Origin: an uncultured Gemmatimonadales bacterium
GTDB taxonomy: Bacteria; Gemmatimonadota; Gemmatimonadetes; Gemmatimonadales; GWC2-71-9
NCBI GenBank assembly: GCA_963771275.1
Contig: CAVYSW010000006.1
Coordinates: 96,001-160,000, forward strand
Direction: 5' to 3'
Length of the DNA stretch: 64,000 bases
The notes beneath the pieces are model-generated. The model had not been told where the DNA came from. It did not search any database and worked only from the letters and a program-made list of their open reading frames with translations. Of the stretch, positions 1-9,551 are shown piece after piece (positions within the stretch are counted from its first letter, which is position 1; each line of letters starts with the position of its first letter). Made by a program: the position numbers and the translations under genes.

Positions 1-654
1 CGATAACCGGCGGGCCTGCGTCGCCCGGGCCGGTGCCGTCCGCGTCGCGCGGTAGACGTGCACGATGCGCTGTACCACGGTGATGCCGGCGGCCAGCGCC
101 AGCAGGCCGACGATGACGAGCAGCAGCAGGCCGCGCGGCCCAGCGCCGAAGAACAGCGTCGGCACCCCCAGGCCGACGATGCGCTCGGCCCGCTGCGCCA
201 TCCCGACCTTGCACTCGAGGCCGAGGCCTTCGGCCCGTGCCCTGGCGTACGAGACGATCAGGCCGGCCGAAAGCGCCGTCATGGCCAGGGCCACCGCGAG
301 CAGCATCAGGGGCGGCGCGACCATGCCGCGCGCGCAGCCGAGGGCGATGCCGCCGAACAGGGCCGCCTCGCCCACGCGGTCCAGTGTCGAGTCGTAGAAT
401 GCCCCGAACTTGGTCATCCCACCACCGCCCCGCGCCACGCGTCCGTCGAGCATGTCGCACACCCCGCTCGCCAGCAGCAGGGCGCCTCCCCACCGCGGCC
501 ACACCGCCGCATACGCGACCCCGGACACCAGCAGGACACCGGTCCCCACCGTCGTGATGGCGTTCGGGCTGGTGTGCCGCGCAATCAGGATATCGACGAG
601 CGGCTTGAGGAGTCGCTCGAACCCGTCGCGAAGGGGGGATGGGATGAGGCTCAT
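1..654 (-). CDS. CDP-alcohol phosphatidyltransferase, PgsA/PIP-synthase-like (3' end runs off the window)
   Basis: Not in the ORF track; translated by hand as MSLIPSPLRDGFERLLKPL..SPNAITTVG..DMLDGRVARGGGGMTKFGAFYDSTLDRVGE..VSYARARAEG..RAER. It carries the DxxDGxxAR..GxxxDxxxD signature. Alternative start at 660. Confidence 0.88.
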   Translation of the reverse strand, partial: MSLIPSPLRDGFERLLKPLVDILIARHTSPNAITTVGTGVLLVSGVAYAAVWPRWGGALLLASGVCDMLDGRVARGGGGMTKFGAFYDSTLDRVGEAALFGGIALGCARGMVAPPLMLLAVALAMTALSAGLIVSYARARAEGLGLECKVGMAQRAERIVGLGVPTLFFGAGPRGLLLLVIVGLLALAAGITVVQRIVHVYRATRTAPARATQARRLS

Positions 655-748
655 GCGCATGCCTGCTGGAAACGGATAAGCATAACGGCGGCTTCCGGCG
701 ACGGCAATTCCGCACCTGCGACGGCCGGCGCAATGCGACGGCGCGCGC

Positions 749-1957
749 TCAGTACAACAAGTACCGCCGCCGGGCTTCCGCGAACCGGGCCAGCGCGTCC
801 CGCCAGCCGGCGGCCACGCTGTCCGGGGGCACGCCGGCGAGGATCGCCGTGCGGAAGCGGTCGGTCCCGGCGCGCCGGTCGAACCCCGGCGCGTCGAGCC
901 GCAGGGAATCGCGGTGGCGCCGCGCGATCGCGGCGAGCAGACGGGCCGCCAGGCGCACCGGGTCGTAGGTCGCTCGATCGGTTACCACAAACCGCAGCGC
1001 CGGGAGCAGCACGCCGTCGTACTTGCCGTCGCTGGGCGCACGCGGCCTCACCATCGTATCGCTGATCGTCACGCCGGGCGCGTCGGCAAGCTCCGCCGCA
1101 ACACCGCGCGGATCGAGCCACGGGGCCGCGAGCACCTGGAAGGCGATCGGCGTACCGCGTCCCACCGACAGGTTGGTGGCCTCGAACAGCACCAGGCCAG
1201 GGTAGTGGGCGGCGCTCTCGAGACTGGGCATGCTGGGCGACGGACGCACCCACGGCAACCCGGTCGCGTCGAACCACTCGTCGCGCCGCCACCCCGCGGC
1301 GGGCACGACACTCAGCGTCCCGTGAATGGCGAGCACGTCGTTGCCGAAGCGCAGCAGCTCGCCCAGCGTCATGCCATGGCGCAACGGTACCGGCAGCATG
1401 CCGACGAACGACGCCAGCGCCGTGTCGAGCACCGGCCCCTGCATCACCGTCCCACCGATCGGGTTCGGCCGGTCGAGGACGACGACCGCCACGTGGGCCC
1501 GCGCCGCCGCCCGGAGCGTGTGGAGCGCGGTCGAGACGTAGGTGTACGTGCGCGCACCGATGTCCTGAAGGTCCACCACGATGACGTCCACCCGGGCCAG
1601 CATGGCGGCGGTGGGCTCCAACACGTTGCCATAGAGCGAGAACACCGGGAGGCCCGTAGCGGAATCGACCCCGGGTCCGATATTCTCCACGTCGAGCACG
1701 CCGCGGACCCCGTGCTCCGGGCTGAACAGCGCGGTCACCGTGAGCCCGGCGCTCCGCAGGCGGCTCAGGTCATCGCGCCCCGCGCCGTCCACGCCGGTCT
1801 GATTGGTGAGCAGGCCGATGCGGCGCCCGCGCACGAGGGTCAGCGAGTCGGTGAGCAGCACCTCGATGCCGGGACGCACCGGCACCGGCCGCGCGCACAC
1901 CGCGCCGATGCCCAGCAGGGCGACCACTGCCAAGGAGTGCCATCCGTGCGAACGCAT
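749..1957 (-). CDS. namZ: exo-beta-N-acetylmuramidase NamZ family (DUF1343)
   Basis: Motifs GLLTNQTG, LFSPEHG, DLQDIGARTYTY, VLDRPNPIGG, RHGMTLGE, PSPSMP, SVGRGT; N-terminal signal peptide. Confidence 0.9.
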   Translation of the reverse strand: MRSHGWHSLAVVALLGIGAVCARPVPVRPGIEVLLTDSLTLVRGRRIGLLTNQTGVDGAGRDDLSRLRSAGLTVTALFSPEHGVRGVLDVENIGPGVDSATGLPVFSLYGNVLEPTAAMLARVDVIVVDLQDIGARTYTYVSTALHTLRAAARAHVAVVVLDRPNPIGGTVMQGPVLDTALASFVGMLPVPLRHGMTLGELLRFGNDVLAIHGTLSVVPAAGWRRDEWFDATGLPWVRPSPSMPSLESAAHYPGLVLFEATNLSVGRGTPIAFQVLAAPWLDPRGVAAELADAPGVTISDTMVRPRAPSDGKYDGVLLPALRFVVTDRATYDPVRLAARLLAAIARRHRDSLRLDAPGFDRRAGTDRFRTAILAGVPPDSVAAGWRDALARFAEARRRYLLY

Positions 1958-3712
1958 ATCGTGCCCGTCTCCCTGCTTGGCCTGGCCCTCGCCTCGTGCG
2001 CCCGCGCGCGCCCGGAAGCGCCCCCACCCGTCCCCGACCCGTACGCGGTGCTCCCGCCGGTGGAGGTCGAGCGTGCGTCAAAGGTAACGCCCGATTCCCT
2101 CCTGCGGACGCTGTCCACGCGCGAGAAGATCGGCCAGCTGATCGTCCCGTGGCTGTTGGGCGACTACGCGGCGCTCGACGCCGCCAGCCTGGACAGCATG
2201 CGGGTCGCGATCGACTCGTTCGGGATCGGGGGCATCGTGATCTCGATCGGCTCGCCGCTCGACGTGGCCGCGAAGCTCAATGGACTGCAGCGCCGCTCCA
2301 GGCTGCCGCTGCTGATCGCCGCGGACCTGGAGTACGGCACCGGCATGCGATTGCAGGGTGGCACGACGTTCCCGATGCCGATGGGGATCGGGGCGACCGG
2401 CGACGCGATGGCCGCCTACGAGATGGGACGCGTGACCGCCATCGAGGCCCGCGCGGTCGGCATCCAGCTCACGTTCTCTCCCGTGGCCGACGTCAACAAC
2501 AACCCGGCGAACCCGATCATCAACACGCGCTCGTTCGGCGAGGATCCTGCACTGGTGAGCCGGCTCGTGGCGGCGTACGTGCGGGGCGCGGCGGAACACG
2601 GCTTGATGACCACGGCGAAGCACTTCCCCGGCCACGGCGATACCGGCACCGACTCCCACATCGCGGTGCCCGTGGCACCCGGGTGCTGGGACCGGCTCGA
2701 CACGCTCGAATTGGCGCCGTTCCGGGCGGCCATCGCGGCCGGCGTCACCGCGATCATGACGGCGCACGTCGCGCTCCCCTGCCTCGACAGTCTCGACCCC
2801 CTCCCGGCCACGCTCTCACCGACCGTCATGACCGCGATCCTGCGGGACTCGCTGGGCTTTCGCGGGCTGGTGGTGACGGACGCGCTCGTCATGGGGGCGA
2901 TCGTCGACCGGTTCGGCGCGGGCGAGAGCGCGGTCCGGGCCTTCCTGGCCGGCTCCGACATCCTGCTGATGCCGGCGGACATCCGTGCCGCCGTGGACGC
3001 CATGACGGCGGCGGTGGATGCCGGGCGGATCACGGCGGAGCGACTCGACCGCTCGGTGCGCCGCGTGCTCGCGCTCAAGGTCCGCGCCGGGCTGTTCCAC
3101 CAGCGGCTCGTGTCGCTCGACGCGCTGCCCACGGTCGTGGGGCAGCGGGCGTTTCAGGAGATCGCCGACGACATCGCCCAGCGCTCGCTCACGCTCGCGA
3201 CCCGCGGACCGGTCGACGAGTTCCGGGAGCGCCGCGCCCGCGTCGCGGTGATCACCTACGCCGACGAGACCAACCTGTCGATCGGCAACACCCTGCTCCG
3301 GGAGCTGCGGGCCGCCGGCGACACCGTCGCGACGTTCCGCCTCTACCCGGCGTCCGGCCCGGCGTCGTACGACTCGGCGCGCGCGGTCATCGCCCGCGTC
3401 CCGCGGACGCTGTACGCCACCGGCGTGCGCCCGATCGCGTGGCGCGGCCACGTGGCGCTGCCCGACTCCCTCGCGGCGCTGATCGGCCTTACCGCCCGGG
3501 ATCACCCGACCATGCTGGTGTCGTTCGGAAGCCCGTACCTGCTGGGCCAGCTCCCGGGCTTTGCCGGCGGCTTCCTGCTGGCCTGGGGCGACAGCCCGGC
3601 CGCCGAGGGGGCCGTGGCGCGGGCGCTCACCGGGGGCGCAGCCATCACGGGCACCCTCCCCATCACCCTCGACGCCGGGCACCCGCGCGGGACCGGCATC
3701 CGCGTCCCGTGA
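1946..3712 (+). CDS. nagZ: GH3 beta-N-acetylhexosaminidase, lipoprotein
   Basis: Motifs AADLEYG, PVADVNNNPANPIINTRSFGED, KHFPGHGDTGTDSH, TDAL; lipobox LASC. True start is GTG 1946 or 1961, not 914. Confidence 0.9.
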   Translation: MRTHIVPVSLLGLALASCARARPEAPPPVPDPYAVLPPVEVERASKVTPDSLLRTLSTREKIGQLIVPWLLGDYAALDAASLDSMRVAIDSFGIGGIVISIGSPLDVAAKLNGLQRRSRLPLLIAADLEYGTGMRLQGGTTFPMPMGIGATGDAMAAYEMGRVTAIEARAVGIQLTFSPVADVNNNPANPIINTRSFGEDPALVSRLVAAYVRGAAEHGLMTTAKHFPGHGDTGTDSHIAVPVAPGCWDRLDTLELAPFRAAIAAGVTAIMTAHVALPCLDSLDPLPATLSPTVMTAILRDSLGFRGLVVTDALVMGAIVDRFGAGESAVRAFLAGSDILLMPADIRAAVDAMTAAVDAGRITAERLDRSVRRVLALKVRAGLFHQRLVSLDALPTVVGQRAFQEIADDIAQRSLTLATRGPVDEFRERRARVAVITYADETNLSIGNTLLRELRAAGDTVATFRLYPASGPASYDSARAVIARVPRTLYATGVRPIAWRGHVALPDSLAALIGLTARDHPTMLVSFGSPYLLGQLPGFAGGFLLAWGDSPAAEGAVARALTGGAAITGTLPITLDAGHPRGTGIRVP

Positions 3713-4911
3713 GCCGCCCGGCATCCCGGTGGAGGCGGCGCGGGGGCACCGCCATGCTAGTCGCGTGGGGCGCGGGTCCGGCCCTGGTCGCGGCGCAGGA
3801 ACCGCCCGGCCGGGCGCGGTTTGCGGAGGTCCGGACCTACCTCGAGCAGGCCGTCGAGCGGGGCGCGTTTCCGGGCGCCGTGCTCGTGGTCGGGCTGCGC
3901 GGGCAGGTGGCGTACCGCACAGCGGTCGGCGTGTACGGCGAGGACGACCGACGCCCGGTCTCCGACACGACTGTCTACGACCTCGCCAGCCTCACCAAGG
4001 TGGTGGGGCTCACCACGGCGGCGATGTTGCTCGTCGCGGACGGCCGGCTCGACCTCGACGCACCCGTCCAGCGCTATCTGCCCGAGTTCGCCGGTCCGGG
4101 GAAAGACCAGGTGACGGTCCGGCACCTCCTGCTTCACGCGTCGGGCCTGCCGGCCTGGCGACCGCTCTATCAGGAGGCGGCCGACGCCGGGACCGCACGC
4201 GCGCTGGCGGACACGACGCCGCTCGAGGCGCCCCCGGGCACGCACTATGCCTATTCGGACCTCGGGGCGATCGTGCTCACGCAGATCGTCGAGGGTCTCA
4301 CGGGCAGGCGGTTGGACTCGTTGCTCGCCGAGCAGCTGTTCACCCCGTTGGCCATGAGCCGCACGCGATTCCTCCCTCCGGCCGACTGGCTGCCGTTCAT
4401 CGCGCCGACCGAGCGCGATCCGTGGCGCGGCCGCGTGCTGCGCGGCGAGGTGCACGACGAGAACGCCGCGCGACTCGGTGGGGTGTCAGGACACGCGGGG
4501 CTGTTCTCCAACGCTCCGGACCTCGCGCGGTTCGCGTTCTGGCTGCTCGACGCCTACCACGGCCGCCTGCCGCCCGGCGCCCGGCCGGGCCTCCCGGCGG
4601 CGGTGGTCCGCGCGTTCCTGCGGCGGGCGAACGAGCCCCCCGGCTCGACCCGCGCTCTGGGCTGGGACACCCCCTCCCCCGAAGGAGGCTCGGGCGGGCA
4701 CTGTCTCTCCCCCACGAGCATCGGCCACACCGGCTTCACCGGGACGTCGATCTGGATCGACCCCGCGCGGGACCTGGTCATCATCCTGTTGACGAACCGG
4801 GTTCATCCGACACGCGAGAACCAGCTGATTCGGGAGGTTCGACCGGCGGTCGCGGACCGGGTGGTGCGGGCAGTGGCCGGTGCCGCAGCATGCCCGCGCA
4901 TCGATCGTTGA
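3709..4911 (+). CDS. Serine hydrolase / beta-lactamase family, AmiE-like muramoyl-L-alanine amidase
   Basis: SxxK (ASLTK), YSD, GEVHDENA, GHAGLFS, GHTGFTG; GTGA overlap with the nagZ stop. Confidence 0.85.
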   Translation: MSRPASRWRRRGGTAMLVAWGAGPALVAAQEPPGRARFAEVRTYLEQAVERGAFPGAVLVVGLRGQVAYRTAVGVYGEDDRRPVSDTTVYDLASLTKVVGLTTAAMLLVADGRLDLDAPVQRYLPEFAGPGKDQVTVRHLLLHASGLPAWRPLYQEAADAGTARALADTTPLEAPPGTHYAYSDLGAIVLTQIVEGLTGRRLDSLLAEQLFTPLAMSRTRFLPPADWLPFIAPTERDPWRGRVLRGEVHDENAARLGGVSGHAGLFSNAPDLARFAFWLLDAYHGRLPPGARPGLPAAVVRAFLRRANEPPGSTRALGWDTPSPEGGSGGHCLSPTSIGHTGFTGTSIWIDPARDLVIILLTNRVHPTRENQLIREVRPAVADRVVRAVAGAAACPRIDR

Positions 4912-4960
4912 CACCCGCACTCGGAGTTTCTACCTTGCGGGCGGACCTGGAGGTAAGACC

Positions 4961-5323
4961 ATGAGCACGACGCAACAGCCGCAGTTCACACTGGCCATCG
5001 GCCTGAGCGAGGCCGCGGCCGAGCAGGTGCGCGGCTTCATGCAGCAAGAGGGTATCCCGGTCGAGCATGGGGGGCTCCGCGTCTCGGTGCTCCCCGGCGG
5101 ATGCTCGGGCTTCAAGTACGGACTCAACATCGAGGAAGCGCCGCTCGAGGACGACATCGTGGTGGACGCGCAGGGCATCCGCCTGTTCGTGGATGCGTTC
5201 AGCGCGCAGTACCTGAGCGGCGTCACCATCGGCTACCACACGTCGATGCAGGGCTCGGGCTTCACATTCGACAACCCGAACGCCACGGGCGGCTGCGGGT
5301 GCGGTACCTCGTTCACCGCCTGA
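4961..5323 (+). CDS. HesB/IscA/ErpA Fe-S cluster insertion protein
   Basis: GGCSGFKY and NPNATGGCGCGTSF; GGAGG RBS ahead of ATG 4961. Confidence 0.93.
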   Translation: MSTTQQPQFTLAIGLSEAAAEQVRGFMQQEGIPVEHGGLRVSVLPGGCSGFKYGLNIEEAPLEDDIVVDAQGIRLFVDAFSAQYLSGVTIGYHTSMQGSGFTFDNPNATGGCGCGTSFTA

Positions 5324-5352
5324 GACCGCGTTTCGTGTCACATCACGCCGAG

Positions 5353-5387
5353 AAGGGCCTGCGTTGCGCGCGGGCCCTTTTCCTTTT
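5353..5387 (+). terminator. Probable intrinsic terminator/attenuator after the iscA-like gene
   Basis: AAGGGCC..GGCCCTT stem followed by TTCCTTTT. Confidence 0.5.
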
Positions 5388-5411
5388 CCGCTCCCCCGAG
5401 GGCCAGCCGAC

Positions 5412-6875
5412 ATGACCCGGATCGATGTCGCGGTCATGCTGGCGTATTTCCTCGTGATCCTGGGGATGGGCGCGTATTTTGCCCGGCGCCAGACCGACGC
5501 CGTGGACTACTTCCTCGGCCAGCGGGACCTCCCCTGGTGGGCGGTGATGCTGTCCATCGTCGCGACGGAGACATCGGCCCTGACCGTGATCTCCGTGCCC
5601 GGGCTGTCCGCGCGGGGCGACTTCACGTTTCTCCAGATCGCGCTGGGCTATCTGGTGGGGCGGCTGGGGGTCGCGGCGTGGCTCCTTCCGGGCTACTTCG
5701 AGGGCGAGCAGGAGACGGCGTACGCACGCCTGGGGTCGCGCTTCGGCCCCACCACCCGCCGCGCGGCATCCGGCATCTTCATGGTGATCCGCTCCCTGGG
5801 CGACAGCGTGCGGGTGTTCGCGACGGCGATTCCGCTGTCAGTCGTCACGGGCTGGCCCGCCTGGGTCAGCGTGCTCGTCGTGGCGCTGGTCACCCTGGTC
5901 TATACGTGGTTCGGTGGGCTGAAGGCCGTCGTCTGGGTGGACGTGCTGCAGCTCGGCCTGTACGTGCTGGGGGGCGTCGTGACGGTGGTGGTGGCGGCCC
6001 ACCTCGCCGGTGGGTTCGGGCATGCGGTGGCCGCGGCGGACGCAGCCGGCAAGCTGCGCGTGCTGGACTGGCAGCTCTCGCTCAGCGCTCCCTACACCGT
6101 GCTCGGCGGCCTCGTGGGCGGCGCCCTGCTGTCGGCCGCGTCCCACGGCACCGACCACCTGATCGTCCAGCGGCTGCTGGCGACGCGCTCGCTCAAGGAC
6201 AGCCGGCGCGCGCTCGTCGGGTCGGGCGTCGTCGTGATCGGGCAGTTCGCCCTGTTTCTGCTGGTGGGAACGATGCTGTGGGCAGCGGGCGCGGACCACG
6301 GAACCGGCTCGAGCGATCTGATCTATCCCCAGTTCATGGCGGCGGAGCTCCCCTCGGGTCTCGCCGGCCTGGTCATCGCGGGCGTGCTCGCCGCCGCGAT
6401 GAGCACGGTGGCCTCGTCGCTCAATTCCCTTGCTTCGGCCGCGACGCATGACTTCTACGCGCCGCTCACCGGGCGGCGCGACCCCAAGCACCTGCTGGTC
6501 GTGGGCCGGTGGGCAACCGTGTTCTGGGCCGTCGTGCTCGCCGGGGGCGCCCTGTCGTTCCGTTCGACGGATCAGCCGGTGGTGGAGCTGGCGCTCTCCG
6601 TCGCCTCGATCACCTACGGTGGCCTGTTGGGGACGTTCCTGCTCGGCGGCCTCGTCCGTCGGGCGCGGCAGCGTGACGCCATTCTCGCCCTCGCCACGGC
6701 CACGGCGGTGATGCTGGTCGTGGTGCTCGTCAAGCCGGGTCCGCTCGCTCGGCTCGCGTGGCCGTGGTACGTACCGCTCGGCCTGCTGATCACGCTGGTC
6801 ACGGGGTGGGCCGCGTCGCTCGCCGGTCCGCGCGCGGCCTGCGCACCCGATGCTCCCGGGAGCCTGCGGGGATGA
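5412..6875 (+). CDS. Sodium:solute symporter, probably amino-sugar uptake
   Basis: DYFLGQR, SIVATETSALT, GGLKAVVWVDVLQ, QRLLA, AAAMST; many TM segments. Confidence 0.9.
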   Translation: MTRIDVAVMLAYFLVILGMGAYFARRQTDAVDYFLGQRDLPWWAVMLSIVATETSALTVISVPGLSARGDFTFLQIALGYLVGRLGVAAWLLPGYFEGEQETAYARLGSRFGPTTRRAASGIFMVIRSLGDSVRVFATAIPLSVVTGWPAWVSVLVVALVTLVYTWFGGLKAVVWVDVLQLGLYVLGGVVTVVVAAHLAGGFGHAVAAADAAGKLRVLDWQLSLSAPYTVLGGLVGGALLSAASHGTDHLIVQRLLATRSLKDSRRALVGSGVVVIGQFALFLLVGTMLWAAGADHGTGSSDLIYPQFMAAELPSGLAGLVIAGVLAAAMSTVASSLNSLASAATHDFYAPLTGRRDPKHLLVVGRWATVFWAVVLAGGALSFRSTDQPVVELALSVASITYGGLLGTFLLGGLVRRARQRDAILALATATAVMLVVVLVKPGPLARLAWPWYVPLGLLITLVTGWAASLAGPRAACAPDAPGSLRG

Positions 6876-7807
6876 CCGAACAACCAACCGAGTTCCTCGT
6901 CGGGGTCGACGCGGGCGGCTCGCACACTGAGGCCGTGGTCGCCGACGAGCTGCTGACGATTCGCGCGCGGGTGCGGGGCCCGGCCGGCGCGGTACGGCCG
7001 GGCGGCCTCCCCGCGGCGGCGCGCGCGATCGTCGGCGCGGTCCGGCAGGCACTCACCGAAGCCGGCGTCACGGGCCTGCCACGCGCCCTGGTGGTGGGCG
7101 CGGCCGGAGCGGGGCGCGAGCAGGAGCGCCGTGCCCTGGGCGACGCCCTGATCGAGGCGCACGTGGCGCACCATGTCGAAGTGACCACCGACGCGGCCGT
7201 TGCCCTCGAGAGCGTGTTCCGGCAGGCGGCCGGCATCCTGCTGATCGCGGGCTCCGGCTCGATCGCCTACGCGCGTGATCCGTCCGGCGTCGTGTGGCGT
7301 GCAGGAGGACTCGGGTGGCAGCTGGGCGACGAGGGGAGCGGGTACCACCTCGGCCGTGCGGTGCTCGGCGCGGTCGGGAAGGCGGCCGACGGCCGGGGCC
7401 CCGCCACCGCGCTCGCGGCGGCGGTGGCGCGGCACGTGGGTGCCGACTCGCTCGATGCCCTGGTGCATTGGAGCGGCGCGGCATCACCGGGCGCCGTGGC
7501 GGCGCTCGCCAAGATCGCCCAGGAAGTCGCCCAGGGCGGCGACCGGGTCGCTCAGACGCTCGTGGACGCCGCCGCCGAGGAGCTGGCGCAGCACGTCCTC
7601 ACCCTGCTGCAGCGGTTCCCGGCCGAAGTGGTCGTCCCGGTCGCGCTCGCGGGCGGGATCCTCACCGCCGGCTTTCCGGTGCGGGACGCTCTGCTCGCCA
7701 CGCTGGCCGAGCGCGCGCCGCGGCTCTCCGTCGTGTCGCAGGAGGTCGACCCGCCGCGCGGCGCACTGGCGCTCGCGGCGCGCCTGCCGGCTACAGGGCC
7801 ACGGTAA
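6872..7807 (+). CDS. BadF/BadG/BcrA/BcrD ATPase family, GlcNAc/MurNAc kinase (MurK-like)
   Basis: VGVDAGGSHT, IAGSGS, RAGGLGWQLGDEGSGY; ATGA overlap with the SSS gene. Confidence 0.85.
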   Translation: MTEQPTEFLVGVDAGGSHTEAVVADELLTIRARVRGPAGAVRPGGLPAAARAIVGAVRQALTEAGVTGLPRALVVGAAGAGREQERRALGDALIEAHVAHHVEVTTDAAVALESVFRQAAGILLIAGSGSIAYARDPSGVVWRAGGLGWQLGDEGSGYHLGRAVLGAVGKAADGRGPATALAAAVARHVGADSLDALVHWSGAASPGAVAALAKIAQEVAQGGDRVAQTLVDAAAEELAQHVLTLLQRFPAEVVVPVALAGGILTAGFPVRDALLATLAERAPRLSVVSQEVDPPRGALALAARLPATGPR

Positions 7808-8549
7808 CCACGATCTCGCCCCGGACCAGCACGCCGTCGCGCGTGACCGCGGGGGCGAACGTCCACTGGTATAGCTGACTGACGAACCGGCGGCGGTATT
7901 CGGAGTCCCGGATTTGGGGCTGTAGCTCGACGTTCAGCACCCGGCCATCCACGTCCACCGTGAAGCGAACCTGGATCTCCTTGCCTTTGACCGACTGAGG
8001 TGCGGGCTGGGGCGGCAGAATGGTGTAGCGCGGCGCGGGCGGGAACACGTCGCCGCCCTGGCCGCCGGTGCCGGGACCGACCCCGGATCCCGCGCCCGTG
8101 CCGCGACCGCTTCCGATGCCCCCACCGGTTCCCGTCCCGGCACCCGGCCCGCCGCCGGTGCCGGGCCCCTGCCCGATGACCGGCGCTCCCGCTTCCGTCG
8201 CGGATTTCGGGATTTCGAACACCGGCTGCTGGATCTCCACCAGCTGCACCGCGGGCTTGGGAATCACGATCTCCTCAGGCCTGAGCTCCGGCTGCGGCGC
8301 CGCCTTGGCGGGTGGCTGATAGGCGGGCATCACGATGTAGGTGATGCGCGGTCCCCCGCCCCCACCCCCTCCGCCGGCCGGGCCGGGGCCGCCCGGGGTG
8401 AGCGTGGCCTGCATGGGCTCAGGGCTGCTCCAGTCCCACACCAGGGCGAAGATGATCAGGGCGTGCAGCATCACGGAAAACGCGGCCCAGCGCCACGGTG
8501 GGCGCGCGCGTTCCAGGTGGGGCAGGATCAACAGGCTCGGCGGCCGCAT
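7791..8549 (-). CDS. TonB-like energy transducer with Gly/Pro-rich linker
   Basis: SxxxH TM anchor (FSVMLHALI), Gly-rich linker, C-terminal VRFTVDVDGRV..W.FAPA fold. Confidence 0.7.
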   Translation of the reverse strand: MRPPSLLILPHLERARPPWRWAAFSVMLHALIIFALVWDWSSPEPMQATLTPGGPGPAGGGGGGGGPRITYIVMPAYQPPAKAAPQPELRPEEIVIPKPAVQLVEIQQPVFEIPKSATEAGAPVIGQGPGTGGGPGAGTGTGGGIGSGRGTGAGSGVGPGTGGQGGDVFPPAPRYTILPPQPAPQSVKGKEIQVRFTVDVDGRVLNVELQPQIRDSEYRRRFVSQLYQWTFAPAVTRDGVLVRGEIVVTVAL

Positions 8550-8629
8550 ACGCTATGGAATGATACACCGGGGGCGCGGGAGCCTTCCATCGGCCCCGCG
8601 CCCCCGGGTCACTCCGTTGGTCGCGCCGC

Positions 8630-9046
8630 CTACTTGGCTTCGGGCGGCGTAAACCCGATGACCTGCACGCCGGCGCCGCGGGCGACGTCCATCGCCTCGA
8701 CGACCTCCTCGAACTTCCGGTTGCGCGCGGTCTTGATGAACATCAGCTTCGTCGGGCGCGGGTCGTAGATCTCCCGCAGCCGGCGCTCGAGGTTCTCCTT
8801 GAGCACCGGGTCGTTGTTGATCGCGTAGCTGCCGTCCTCGTTCAGCTGCAGCACGATCTGGTCCGACGAGGCCTTTTGTGGCGGCAGTTGCTGCTGCAGC
8901 TCCGGCGGCAGCTGCACGTCCATCTTCTTCCGCTGCAGCGGGACCTGCATCATGAAGATGATGAGCAGCACGAGCAGAATATCGATCATCGGGACGACGT
9001 TCGGCTCGTTCCTGAAGCCGCCACTCCCCGCTTCCATGCCCGCCAT
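8630..9046 (-). CDS. exbD: Biopolymer transporter ExbD/TolR
   Basis: PNVVPMIDILLVLLIIFM. Confidence 0.9.
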   Translation of the reverse strand: MAGMEAGSGGFRNEPNVVPMIDILLVLLIIFMMQVPLQRKKMDVQLPPELQQQLPPQKASSDQIVLQLNEDGSYAINNDPVLKENLERRLREIYDPRPTKLMFIKTARNRKFEEVVEAMDVARGAGVQVIGFTPPEAK

Positions 9047-9049
9047 GGC

Positions 9050-9508
9050 TCAGTCCCCTCCCCCGCGTTTGCCGAACGCGCCTTCGCGCTTCTCTTCCGC
9101 GATGGTGGCGAGCACGCGCACGCCTCCCCGCCGGGCGATCTGGAGGGCGTCCTCCACCTTGCCGTAGTCCAGGTTCGCATCCGCCCGGAAGTACATCTTC
9201 TTGTCTTCGCGATTGGTGTAGATCTGCTTCAGGGCCTCTTCGAGCCGCTCCGGGCTCACCGGCGTGACCGTGCCCGACCCGGGGTCCAGGTAGTACGCCC
9301 CGTTCGCGTCGATGCCGAGCACCACATCGCCCTCTTCATCGGAGGCCGTCTCGATGTTCTTGCCCTGCGGGATCTTGGCCGTGAAGCCGGTGGCAATTGC
9401 GGGCGTCACGATCATGAAGATGATCAGCAGCACCAGCATGATGTCGATCATCGGCACCACGTTGGGCTCGGACTTGACCGATCCCTTGGCTCCTACGTCA
9501 GCTCCCAT
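9050..9508 (-). CDS. exbD: Biopolymer transporter ExbD/TolR
   Basis: PNVVPMIDIMLVLLIIFM; RADANLDYG. Confidence 0.9.
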   Translation of the reverse strand: MGADVGAKGSVKSEPNVVPMIDIMLVLLIIFMIVTPAIATGFTAKIPQGKNIETASDEEGDVVLGIDANGAYYLDPGSGTVTPVSPERLEEALKQIYTNREDKKMYFRADANLDYGKVEDALQIARRGGVRVLATIAEEKREGAFGKRGGGD

Positions 9509-9551
9509 GCGTCCATCCTCCCGTTCGCGGGTTCACGCACCGAGTCGGGGA

